Shown here: piece after piece, positions 39,179 through 49,401 of the stretch
Numbering within the stretch: the stretch's first letter is position 1
Layout of the letters: each line of letters begins with the position of its first letter
Source of the DNA: a bacterium
GTDB lineage: Bacteria > Actinomycetota > CALGFH01
Direction of reading: 5' to 3'
Assembly (NCBI GenBank): GCA_046727955.1
Contig: JBKPDO010000166.1
Coordinates: 1,440-65,439, forward strand
Length of the DNA: 64,000 nt
The notes under the pieces: generated by a model
The model's input: the letters and a program-made list of their open reading frames with translations, nothing else
Database searches by the model: none
Told to the model about the DNA's origin: nothing
Translations under genes and position numbers: made by a program

Positions 39179-39990
39179 CCACCGCCCAACGGTGCGTTCA
39201 TGCTGCCTGAGCGAAAGCCCTCCAGGTCTAGAGTCACGTAGCTGAAGCCGAGCCTCCGCAGGCCCTCGACCAGGCGCTCGCGCGTGCCCGGCCGCACCAA
39301 GGCGGGAATGGCCTCCGGCGGCACCTCGACCCGGGCGAGGTCGCCGTGGTCGCGCACCCGGAGCTGGCCGATGCCGGCGGAGGAGCGCAGCAGGGCCTCG
39401 GCCCGCTCCACCCGGGACAGCCGGGCCGGGGTCACCTGGATGCCGTAGGCGACGCGTGACGCCAGGCAGGCCGCCGCCGGCTTGTCGTGGGTGCGCAGGC
39501 TCATGCGGCGCGACGCCGCGCGCACGTCCGCCTTGGAGAAGCCAGCAGCGACCAGCGGGGTCAGCACGCCGCGCTCGGCCGCGGCGCGCTGCCCCGGACG
39601 CCAGTCGCCCAGGTCGTCGGTGTTGGTGCCCACCGCCAGGGCCAGACCCTCTCGGCGCGCCAGCGGCAGCAACACGTCGAACAGCTCGGATTTGCAGAAG
39701 TAGCAGCGGTCCGGCCCGTTTGCGAGATAGCCAGGGCGCTCCTGCTCGTGCGTCTCCACCGCGAGATGCCGCACGCCCAGCTCGGCAGCGACGGCGCGGG
39801 CGTCCTGCAGCTCCTGCTCGGCCAGGCTCGGCGACACTCCGGTCGCCGCCACCGCGCGCTCCCCCAGCACCTCGGCCGCCGCGGCGAGCAGGAAGGCCGA
39901 GTCCGCGCCGCCGGAGAACGCCACCATCAGGCCGCCTGTCGTCTCCAGCTCTCGGCGCAATGCCAGGCGCTTGCGCTCCAGCTCGTCCAT
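39175..39990 (-). CDS. larE: ATP-dependent sulfur transferase LarE family
   Basis: VAFSGGADS PP-loop, DRCYFCKSEL, GTNTDD, RPG, KPAAACLASRVAYG. Confidence 0.9.
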   Translation of the reverse strand: MDELERKRLALRRELETTGGLMVAFSGGADSAFLLAAAAEVLGERAVAATGVSPSLAEQELQDARAVAAELGVRHLAVETHEQERPGYLANGPDRCYFCKSELFDVLLPLARREGLALAVGTNTDDLGDWRPGQRAAAERGVLTPLVAAGFSKADVRAASRRMSLRTHDKPAAACLASRVAYGIQVTPARLSRVERAEALLRSSAGIGQLRVRDHGDLARVEVPPEAIPALVRPGTRERLVEGLRRLGFSYVTLDLEGFRSGSMNAPLGGG

Positions 39991-40141
39991 TCGGGTCAGC
40001 GCCGGCCCTGACGCCGCTGTCTGAAAGCGTCGGCAAAGTTGACGGCGGCGAGGTCCTCCTTCGACAGCTCCGGATTGCTCATGGCACTGTTCTACCCGCT
40101 CTGCCGCGACCCGGTCCAGTGTTTGAGTCCAGTGGCAAAGC

Positions 40142-40172
40142 GAGAGGACGGGCCGCTCGGACCCGTCCTCTC
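40142..40172 (-). terminator. groEL terminator hairpin
   Basis: Perfect 11-bp stem gagaggacggg/cccgtcctctc, 21 nt past the stop. Confidence 0.75.
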
Positions 40173-40193
40173 CGCGTTGCCTGCGATGGCCGA

Positions 40194-41819
<1,626 letters not shown>

Positions 41820-41888
41820 CTACCTCCCTTAAGGTGGGCCTGCCTGTTGGCATCAGTTCTAACTACACGGCCGCTGGCCGGCAGAATG

Positions 41889-41915
41889 TTAGCACTCATG
41901 ATAGTCGAGTGCTAA
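41889..41915. promoter_or_regulatory. CIRCE element (HrcA operator)
   Basis: Exact TTAGCACTC-N9-GAGTGCTAA upstream of groL. Confidence 0.97.
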
Positions 41916-42057
41916 GAGAGCGCCAACACTCCGCTCACCAGGGAACACGCGAGGTGAGGGAGGAGCATTCCGCCGAAACTATCATCACACCTCGGGCTGC
42001 TCGCTATGGTTGGCGAGCCATCGGTCGAGCGGGCCCAGCACGCGAGCGTCTTGGCGG

Positions 42058-42371
42058 CTAGGGCCTGGTTGCATTCGGGGGGGAGCCCCAGGCAGCTCCC
42101 CCCCGAACCCCCCCATCGGGTACCTCGACGTGATCCCTAGGTCGGGGGGCAGCACCGCGATCGGGCAGGGTCGCCGTGCCGAGACAGCTCCACCCCGAGC
42201 CCCCCACCGGGCACCTCGACGTGATCCCTGGGTCGGGAGGCAGCACCGCGATCGGGCAGGTTCGCCGTCCGACCCCCATCGGGCACCTCGACGTGATCCC
42301 TGGGTCGGGGGTCAGCACCGTGGTCGGGCAGGGTCGCCGTGCCGCGGATCACCATTGCAACCAGGCCCTAG
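42058..42371. mobile_element. MITE-like element, copy B (three internal units), flanked by CTAG
   Basis: ctag-ggcctggttgca...tgcaaccaggcc-ctag; 12-bp perfect TIR; no transposase. Confidence 0.85.
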
Positions 42372-42421
42372 CTCGCGGCGGGCGCCTCGCCTTCGTTACC
42401 CCCAAGCGCTAGGCTAACGAT

Positions 42422-42697
42422 ATGAGTGACGCCGCCCACGACGCCGCCTACGAGTTGCCCTCGGACGAAACCGCCCTCGCCGAGGCGGTACGTGAGGCCG
42501 AGGGCGGCGAGGTCGTGTACCTGACCCGGCACGGCGAGCGGGTTGCCGCCTTGGTGCCCCCGGAGGTCGCGAGGGTCGGCGCTGCCGTGATCGAGGCGCT
42601 GGAAGACGAGGAGGATATCCGGTGTGCCCGCGAGGCGCTGGAGGACCCGGCCCCGTCGATTCCATGGGAGCAGGTCAAGGCTGAGGCTGATCTGTGA
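42422..42697 (+). CDS. Phd/YefM family antitoxin
   Basis: GEVVYLTRHGERVAALVP...EDEEDI...IPWEQVKAE. Confidence 0.85.
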   Translation: MSDAAHDAAYELPSDETALAEAVREAEGGEVVYLTRHGERVAALVPPEVARVGAAVIEALEDEEDIRCAREALEDPAPSIPWEQVKAEADL

Positions 42698-42930
42698 CCA
42701 GCCGGTATACGGTCATCGTCCGGCCGCATGCCCGCAAGCAGTTCCTCGCGCTCGACCCGCCGGTTCGGCGACGGGTAGGGGCGGTCATCGATGCGCTGGC
42801 GCTCGATCCGCTGCCGCCCGGCGCCCGGAAGCTCGCGGATGCCGCTGACCTCTGGCGAATCAGGGCCGGCGACTACCGCGTGGTCTACACCATATGCTGA
42901 TGACGAGCTGGTCGTGACCGTATGGGAGGA
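42694..42930 (+). pseudogene. relE: RelE/ParE toxin, frameshifted and truncated
   Basis: WRIRAGDYRVVYTI then stop; the shifted frame continues ADDELVVTV but lacks the usual GHRREVY tail. Confidence 0.75.
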
Positions 42931-42989
42931 CCGTAGCATGCTCAGGGCATGCCGCCAGCATGCTTTTCGAAGTTGTGGACAGGCGGCGC

Positions 42990-44258
42990 TCAGCTGGTGG
43001 ACGCGAGCAGCTCGGGGGTGAGCGGCCCCAGCGCCTCCTCCAGGGCGTCGATATTCGGGCGCACCGTAACGGTTGCGCCCGCGCGGCCGTCGAGCACCTC
43101 CGTGGTCTTCAGGCCATGCCCTGTGACCAGCGCAACCACCCGCTCCCCCCGGCGGAACGCCCCAGCGGCGGCGAGCTTGGCCGTGGTGGCGATGGTCACC
43201 CCGGCGGCGGTCTCACCGAACACCCCGGTGGTGCGGGCGAGCAGCCGGATCGCCTCGATCACCTCGTCGTCGCTCACCGCCTCGACCCGACCGCCGGTCG
43301 AGCGCACCACCTCCAGCGCCTCCAAGCCATCGGCCGGATCGCCGATGGCCAGCGACTTTACGATGCCGCTCGGCTTCACCGGGGTCACCTGGCCGCGCCC
43401 GTCGGCGAAGGCGCTGGCAACCGGCGGGCAGCCGTCGGACTGGGCCCCGTGCACGCTGAACCGGGTCTCCTCCACCAGGCCGTGCTCAGCCAGCACGCGG
43501 AAGCCCTGGTGGACCTTGGTCAGCAGGGCACCAGAGGCGATCGGCACCACCACGTGGTCGGGCAGCGACCAGCCGAGCTGCTCCGCCACCTCCAGCCCCA
43601 CGGTCTTGGAGCCCTCGGCGTACCAGGGGCGCAGGTTGACGTTGACGAAGCCCCAGCCGAACGCCTCGGCGGCCTGGCTGGCCAGCCGGTTGGCCTGGTC
43701 GTAGTTGCCCTCGACGGCCACAACGGTGGCGCCGAAGGTGGCCGCGGAGGCGATCTTGGCCGGCTCCAGGTCGGCCGGGACCACCACCACGCAGTCAAGG
43801 CCCTGGGAGGCGGCCGCGGCGGCGGTCGCGCCGGCGAGGTTGCCGGTGGAGGCGCAGGCGAGAGTGGTCAGGCCGAAGGCGCGGGCGCGCGCCACCGCGA
43901 CCGCCACCACCCGGTCCTTGAACGAGTTGGTCGGGTTGCGAGTGTCGTCCTTCAGATACAGCTCGCCGGGGACGTCCAGCACTTCGGCCAGTCGCGGCGC
44001 GGGCACCAGCGGCGTGAAGCCGGGCGCCAGGTCGCCCGGTCCGGGACGGGAGGGCAGCAGATCGGCGTAGCGCCAGATCGAACGGGGTCCGGCCTCGATG
44101 CTGGCGCGGTCGAGCCGCGCCCGCAGCGTCGCCGCGTCGTATTCGGCGTCGAGCGGGCCGAGGCAGTTGGGACACGCGTATTGCAGCGCAGGGGGGTAGA
44201 CGGTGCCGCAGCCACGACAGCGGAGGCGGACGTGCTCGGGTGTCAGGTCGCCAGTCAG
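42990..44258 (-). CDS. thrC: Threonine synthase family PLP enzyme (probable CTG start)
   Basis: CRGC/CPNC ribbon, NPTNSFKDR, ASTGNLA, IASG, TGHGLKT; aaggagg lies 9 nt before CTG. Confidence 0.9.
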   Translation of the reverse strand: MTGDLTPEHVRLRCRGCGTVYPPALQYACPNCLGPLDAEYDAATLRARLDRASIEAGPRSIWRYADLLPSRPGPGDLAPGFTPLVPAPRLAEVLDVPGELYLKDDTRNPTNSFKDRVVAVAVARARAFGLTTLACASTGNLAGATAAAAASQGLDCVVVVPADLEPAKIASAATFGATVVAVEGNYDQANRLASQAAEAFGWGFVNVNLRPWYAEGSKTVGLEVAEQLGWSLPDHVVVPIASGALLTKVHQGFRVLAEHGLVEETRFSVHGAQSDGCPPVASAFADGRGQVTPVKPSGIVKSLAIGDPADGLEALEVVRSTGGRVEAVSDDEVIEAIRLLARTTGVFGETAAGVTIATTAKLAAAGAFRRGERVVALVTGHGLKTTEVLDGRAGATVTVRPNIDALEEALGPLTPELLASTS

Positions 44259-44320
44259 GGTCGGTGACCTCCTTCGAGGCTCGTCGGCGAGCGCCGCGCG
44301 CCCGGTCACCGACCGCAACG

Positions 44321-44458
44321 CGCATCTTCCCCCGTGCGCCGTGCACGGGGACGGACGTGGCACCTTCTCCGTTGCAGGCCGGCGTGGTCGCGCCGGCCTG
44401 AAGGCCGAAGAGGTTGCCGGGGCTTCGTCGGGCCGGTCCCTCCACCCCTCTTGATGCG
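44321..44458 (-). ncRNA. SAM-I (S-box) riboswitch
   Basis: Minus strand cgcATCAAGAG...GAGGGA.GGCCC..GA.GCCCCGGCAACC...GGTGCC...GGAAGATGcg; P1 cgcatc/gatgcg. Confidence 0.9.
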
Positions 44459-44581
44459 TCGCCAGTGTCTTGAGTTGTCACAACCAGATTGCCCTGGCAC
44501 GCTCCGAGTGGTCAACGTCGACGGTGGGACCCGCGTTGAGCGGGCCCGCGGAACCGGAAGGGAGAACGGATTCCGGACCGA

Positions 44582-45577
44582 ATGGAGAATCTCGACCTTT
44601 GGGAGTGGTTCGGCAAGCGGACCTTCCACTACAACCAGTTCGAGCCGATGAGCAGGCTGCGCGCGGCCCGGGAGCGGCTCGGCGTCACCGTGTCGGTGGC
44701 CATTCCGGCGCGGAACGAGGCGCCGACCATCGGCAGGATCGTTCGGGTGCTGCGCAAGGCCCTCGTCGACCGTTCGCGGCTGGTCGACGAGATCGTGGTG
44801 ATGGATGGCGGCTCGACCGACGACACTGCCGCCATCGCCCGGGCCGAGGGCGCCGCCGTCTACGCTGAGGAGGAGGTCCTGCCAGAGACCGGCCCCGCCG
44901 CCGGCAAGGGCGAGGGCCTGTGGAAGAGCCTGCACGTCTGCCACGGCGACATCATCTGCTGGGTGGACGCCGACATCCGCAACATCCACCCGCGCTTCGT
45001 CTATGGCCTGGTCGGCCCGCTGCTTACCGATCCGCAGGTCGGCTACGTGAAGGCGTTCTACGAGCGGCCCATCCGTGAGCGCAACGTCATGCAGCCGAGC
45101 GGGGGCGGCCGCGTGACAGAGTTGCTGGCGCGGCCGCTGATCAACCTGTTCTGGCCGAGCCTGGCCGGCATCGTCCAGCCGCTGTCCGGCGAGTACGCGG
45201 GCCGGCGCGAGGTGCTCGAGCAGGTGCCGTTCTCCTCGGGGTACGGCGTCGAGCTCGGCCTGCTCATCGATATCGCGACCCGCTTCGGGCTGGACTCGAT
45301 CGCGCAGACCGACCTCGAGTGCCGCATCCACCGCAACCAGGACACGCAGGCGCTGTCGCGGATGAGCTTCGGCATCCTGCAGGCCGCGCTCAGGCGCCTG
45401 GCCGAGGAGGGCCGGGTCACCCCTGAGTCCTACTCGACCACGCTGTACCAGTTCACCAATAGGCTGCGCGAATACCACATGCAGCCTCACCAGATCATCA
45501 CGCTGGAGCGCCCGCCGATCGCCACCGTCGACGGCTACCGGCGCCGCCGCGAGGCCGTGATGGCCGGCCGGACGTAG
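44582..45577 (+). CDS. gpgS: Glucosyl-3-phosphoglycerate synthase
   Basis: IPARNEA, GKGEGLWKS, VDADI, GGGRVTELLARP, QPLSGEYA, GYGVE. Confidence 0.88.
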   Translation: MENLDLWEWFGKRTFHYNQFEPMSRLRAARERLGVTVSVAIPARNEAPTIGRIVRVLRKALVDRSRLVDEIVVMDGGSTDDTAAIARAEGAAVYAEEEVLPETGPAAGKGEGLWKSLHVCHGDIICWVDADIRNIHPRFVYGLVGPLLTDPQVGYVKAFYERPIRERNVMQPSGGGRVTELLARPLINLFWPSLAGIVQPLSGEYAGRREVLEQVPFSSGYGVELGLLIDIATRFGLDSIAQTDLECRIHRNQDTQALSRMSFGILQAALRRLAEEGRVTPESYSTTLYQFTNRLREYHMQPHQIITLERPPIATVDGYRRRREAVMAGRT

Positions 45578-45581
45578 CGCC

Positions 45582-46448
45582 ATGGCGGCGGTCGAGCTCG
45601 ACCAGGCCGGCCAGGCGCTCGGCGCGCTCGAGGTCGCCGTGCTGTTCTCGGACGTCGACGGCACCCTGGTGGGCCGCGGTGGCGCGTTGCTCGCCGACCT
45701 CGACGGCGCGCCTACCCTGGCCGCGGCCGAGGCGCTGCTGGTCGCGCGGCGGGCGGGTCTCGAGGTCGTGCTGGTCTCGGGCCGCACCAGGGCACAGCTG
45801 TTCGAGACCGGGCGGCTGCTCGGCCTGCGCGACGCCATCGCCGAGATGGGCGCCGTGCTGGTCCGCGACGGCAAGGCAGAGCTGCAGTGGGGTCAGGCGC
45901 CCAGGGACCTGGGCGAGACGCCGGCCGAGGCGCTGGAGCGCTCGGGCGCGCTCCGCGCCGTGCTCGAGACCTTCGCCGGGCGCATCGAGCCGCACGCTCC
46001 CTGGCACGAGAGCCGCCAGGGCACGGCCCTGCTGCGCGGGCAGGTCGACGTGTCGAAGGTTAACGCCACCCTGTATGCGAGGGGGCTCGGCTGGGCGCAA
46101 CTGTCAGACAACGGCCGTCTGCGTGGTCCCTACCCGCATCTCGGCTCGGGCGAGACGCACGCCTATCATTTGCTACCCGCCGGGGTCAGCAAGGCCACGA
46201 CGGCGGCGGCATACCTCGCCGCCCGAGGCCTCGAGCCCAGGCAGGCAGCCGCGGTCGGCGACGGGCCGGCCGACCTCGAACTGGCCGGCGTGGTCGGGGC
46301 GATGTTCCTGGTGGCCAATGGCGCGTGGGCGGCGGCATCGGCCGGCGAGCGGCGGGTGATCGTCACCCCGTCGAGCGCCGGCCGCGGCTTCGCCGAGGTG
46401 GTCGAAGTCCTGTGTTCATCCCGCCGACGGCGGGAACCGATTGAGTAA
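45582..46448 (+). CDS. HAD-IIB phosphatase (MpgP/Cof-like)
   Basis: FSDVDGTL, VSGR, VSKA, VGDGPAD. Confidence 0.8.
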   Translation: MAAVELDQAGQALGALEVAVLFSDVDGTLVGRGGALLADLDGAPTLAAAEALLVARRAGLEVVLVSGRTRAQLFETGRLLGLRDAIAEMGAVLVRDGKAELQWGQAPRDLGETPAEALERSGALRAVLETFAGRIEPHAPWHESRQGTALLRGQVDVSKVNATLYARGLGWAQLSDNGRLRGPYPHLGSGETHAYHLLPAGVSKATTAAAYLAARGLEPRQAAAVGDGPADLELAGVVGAMFLVANGAWAAASAGERRVIVTPSSAGRGFAEVVEVLCSSRRRREPIE

Positions 46449-46491
46449 GGTGGTCTACACAGGTCAGACGACGGGAGGCAGGCGGTCTCGC

Positions 46492-47964
46492 ATGGCTCAG
46501 CTCGTGGTGGCGTCCAATCGCGGACCGGTCCAGTTCGAGATCGACGACGAGGGGAACTTGACGGCTGGGAGAGGGTCTGGCGGCATGGTGGCCGCCCTCG
46601 GCCCAGCACTGGCCGGACGGGCCGGCACGTGGGTGGCGGCGGCCATCAGCGAGGGCGACCGCATCGCGGCGCGCCAGGTGGCCCGCGCCGGCCGCCGCCG
46701 GCGGCTGGAGCTGCCGCAGGGGCCGGTACAGCTCCGCAGCCTGGTGATCGACCCGCGCGAGTACCAGAGCTTCTACAACCGGGTGTCCAACCGGACACTG
46801 TGGTTCCTGCAGCACTACCTGTTCGACGTCGCGCGTCACCCGCGCTTCGACGGCAGCTTCCGCGCGGCGTGGCGCAACTACCGTGACGTCAACCGCGCGT
46901 TCGCGATCGCGTGCGACGAGGAGGCCGAGCACCAAGCCGCCGTGTTCATCCAGGATTACCACTTGGCGCTCGCGCCTACGATACTGCGCGCGCGGCGCCC
47001 CGACCTCGGGATCGCCCACTTCACCCACTGCCCCTGGGCGGATCCCGCCTACTTCGCGATGCTGCCGCGCGCGATGCGCCAGGAGCTGCTCGAGGGCATG
47101 CTCGGCGCCGACCTGCTGGGCTTCCTGGTGCCGCGCTGGTCACGCAACTTCCTGCGCTGCTGCCAGGAGGCCGGCTACCAGGTCGACCGGGAGCAGGAGA
47201 CGGTCGGCGCGCCCGACGGGCGGCGGGTGCGCGTGCGCTCCTACCCGCTCGGCGTCGACGCCGACGACCTGCGCGCCCGGACCGCCGGGCGGGAGGTCCA
47301 GTCGCAGGTCCGCTCGGTGCGGGAGCTCGCCCGCGGCCGCGCCCTGATCGTGCGGGTCGACCGCATGGAGCTGTCCAAGAACATCCTGCGCGGACTCGAC
47401 GCCTACGCCGCCTTCCTGGAGAGCCACCCGCGCATGCGCGGCCGCGTGGTGCACCTGGCGCTGGCCTACGCCTCCCGCAGAGACCTGCCCGAGTACCAGT
47501 CCTACACCGCCGAGGTCAAGCACGTGGCCGAGGCGATCAACGAGCGCTTCCGCACCAAGACCTGGGAGCCGATTCGCCTGGAGCTGCGCGACAACTACCC
47601 GCGCGCGCTCGCCGCCATGGCGCAGGCCGACGTGCTGGTCGTCAACCCGGTGTGGGACGGCATGAACCTGGTCGCCAAGGAGGGGCCGTCGGTCAGCGAG
47701 CGCGACTGCGTCCTGATCTTGTCCCGCAACGCCGGGGCGGTCGACGACCTCGGGGAATGGGCGCTGGTGGTGAACCCCTTCGACACCGCCGAGCTGGCCG
47801 AGGCGATCGACACCGCGCTGGCCATGCCGCCAGAAGAGCGCGCCATGCGCGCCAAGGGCCTGCGCGAGCAGGCCTCGGCGCTGCGCCCACAGGACTGGTT
47901 CTCCGAGCAGCGCCGCGACCTCGAGGCGATCTCGCCGGCCGATCCTGGCCGGCGCAATCGCTAG
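46492..47964 (+). CDS. otsA: Trehalose-6-phosphate synthase
   Basis: VASNRGP, IQDYHL, RVDRMELSKN, DGMNLVAKE, VNPFD. Confidence 0.93.
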   Translation: MAQLVVASNRGPVQFEIDDEGNLTAGRGSGGMVAALGPALAGRAGTWVAAAISEGDRIAARQVARAGRRRRLELPQGPVQLRSLVIDPREYQSFYNRVSNRTLWFLQHYLFDVARHPRFDGSFRAAWRNYRDVNRAFAIACDEEAEHQAAVFIQDYHLALAPTILRARRPDLGIAHFTHCPWADPAYFAMLPRAMRQELLEGMLGADLLGFLVPRWSRNFLRCCQEAGYQVDREQETVGAPDGRRVRVRSYPLGVDADDLRARTAGREVQSQVRSVRELARGRALIVRVDRMELSKNILRGLDAYAAFLESHPRMRGRVVHLALAYASRRDLPEYQSYTAEVKHVAEAINERFRTKTWEPIRLELRDNYPRALAAMAQADVLVVNPVWDGMNLVAKEGPSVSERDCVLILSRNAGAVDDLGEWALVVNPFDTAELAEAIDTALAMPPEERAMRAKGLREQASALRPQDWFSEQRRDLEAISPADPGRRNR

Positions 47965-48049
47965 CCCGAGTTAGGGCCGTCCGCCGCAGGCGGACGCGCC
48001 GGCCGATCCTGGCCGGCGCAGTCGAAAGAGCCGTCCGCCGCAGGCGGAC
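47933..48049. repeat. Two ~64-bp tandem units, each with two hairpins (cgccggcc/ggccggcg; gtccgcc/ggcggac)
   Basis: Read directly; overlaps the otsA end, between convergent genes. Confidence 0.85.
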
Positions 48050-48084
48050 TCCACGCATTTTCTGGCGCCGCTTCGCGGCGCCGT

Positions 48085-48639
48085 CTACTGGTAGTTCTGG
48101 CCGATGACGGCGTGCAGGGCGACCTCGCGGGAGAGGCGCGCCTGCGCCTGGCTGGCGGGCAGGATCGTCTTGAAGGCGGGGAAGCGCGCCCGGAACGCCT
48201 CGGCGTCGGCCTTGTGGCCGTCGGTGTAGTAGATGCGCGAGACCAGGTAGTTGCCGAGCGCGGTGTTGACGGCGACCACGTCGTAGCCGGCGGCGCGGAC
48301 CCGCTCGGCCACCCGGTGCGCCAGGCCTGGCACGAATGCACCGTTCAGGACTTGGACGGTCACGCCCTTGGGGGAGCGCAGGGTGGTGCCCGTCGCCCCG
48401 GTCGGCTGGCTGGTGGTGGTCACGGTGGTCGCCGGCGCCGAGGTGGAGGGGGCGGTGGTCGGCGCGCGGGTGGTGGTCGGGGCGGTGGGCCTCGAGGTGG
48501 TCGCCGTCACGACGCCGCTCGAGCCGCTGGCGCTCACGGAACGGGGCGATCGCTGTCCGCTCAGCCTGTCCACTGCGACGAACAGGGCGAGGAACACCGC
48601 CAGCACCGCCGCCGCGCGAGCGGTCGGACCGGGTCGCAA
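48085..48639 (-). CDS. LytR C-terminal domain membrane protein
   Basis: TM helix, Thr/Pro linker, VTVQVLNG...GLAHRVA...GY...SRIYY...HAVIG. Confidence 0.85.
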   Translation of the reverse strand: MRPGPTARAAAVLAVFLALFVAVDRLSGQRSPRSVSASGSSGVVTATTSRPTAPTTTRAPTTAPSTSAPATTVTTTSQPTGATGTTLRSPKGVTVQVLNGAFVPGLAHRVAERVRAAGYDVVAVNTALGNYLVSRIYYTDGHKADAEAFRARFPAFKTILPASQAQARLSREVALHAVIGQNYQ

Positions 48640-48650
48640 CCTGACCTCCC

Positions 48651-48974
48651 TTAGTCTCCGCCTGGGGCGTGCATGCCGAGACTACGGGAATCGCTCGACG
48701 CCGCGCCCGCGCGCCGGCGATCTCTGGTGGCCCGCAGTCGCCGGAGCCGCTCGACCAGGACTGGCTCCGCCTGGAGGGCCAGCGGATCGTCGAGCAACCG
48801 GCTCAGGAACTGGTAGTAGGCGGTCGGGCTGAGCCCCAGCTCACGCCGGATCGCCTCCTCCTTGGCCCCGGCAAAGCGCCACCAGCGCCGCTCGAAGGCG
48901 AGGATGGCAAGGTCCCGTGCTGCTAGACCGGATGGGCGGGGGGCCGCCGGGGCCGCCCCTTCGTCGGCAATCAT
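48651..48974 (-). CDS. DUF3263 family protein
   Basis: ILAFERRWWRFAGAKEEAIRRELGLSPTAYYQFL. Confidence 0.9.
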   Translation of the reverse strand: MIADEGAAPAAPRPSGLAARDLAILAFERRWWRFAGAKEEAIRRELGLSPTAYYQFLSRLLDDPLALQAEPVLVERLRRLRATRDRRRAGAASSDSRSLGMHAPGGD

Positions 48975-49080
48975 CCGCGCCTCCGCTACGTATTCCTCGA
49001 GGTGGCCATCCACGCAGTTCTCCGTAGCCGCCAGCAGCCCAACCGGCTCGTCCGACCCCGGCCGGATGCCGGAATCGACG

Positions 49081-49121
49081 CAATATGTAGTGGTCAGCGG
49101 TACGTTAACCCCTACATATTG
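49081..49121. promoter_or_regulatory. Perfect 10-bp inverted repeat caatatgtag-N21-ctacatattg
   Basis: AT-rich, in the divergent region between DUF3263 and NlpC/P60. Confidence 0.6.
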
Positions 49122-49245
49122 GGAAGGCAAGGTGACTCGTGCGGCGCGGCCCTTTGTGGACAGAAGACTTGGCAGCCGCGGCTCGAGCGAGTAGATTCCG
49201 CGGCGTTTGATCACGGAATGGTCACCGACAGGTAACAAGCCGTGT

Positions 49246-49396
49246 CCCCGCGGCCCACGTCGGAAAGCTGGAACCCCCGCACCGGCAGGCGCCGGTGCCC
49301 AGACGGGCCCCTCCGGCCCCCAGCGGAGGGGAGGACGCTTCCCCAGAGCTCCTCGTCCGTCTACCCGGCTGGTCCGCGGGCACGAGGAAAGGAGGC
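49246..49396 (+). ncRNA. Putative structured 5' leader of the NlpC/P60 gene (family unassigned)
   Basis: Stems cccgcgg/ccgcggg, gcaccggc/gccggtgc, agacgg/ccgtct, cccctccg/cggagggg, ending next to the SD aaggagg. Confidence 0.45.
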
Positions 49397-49401
49397 TGGG
49401 C

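Noticed and set aside
49246-49396. Assignment as c-di-AMP, c-di-GMP riboswitch or 6C RNA
   Set aside because: Key conserved motifs not recognisable by eye; kept only as an unassigned leader
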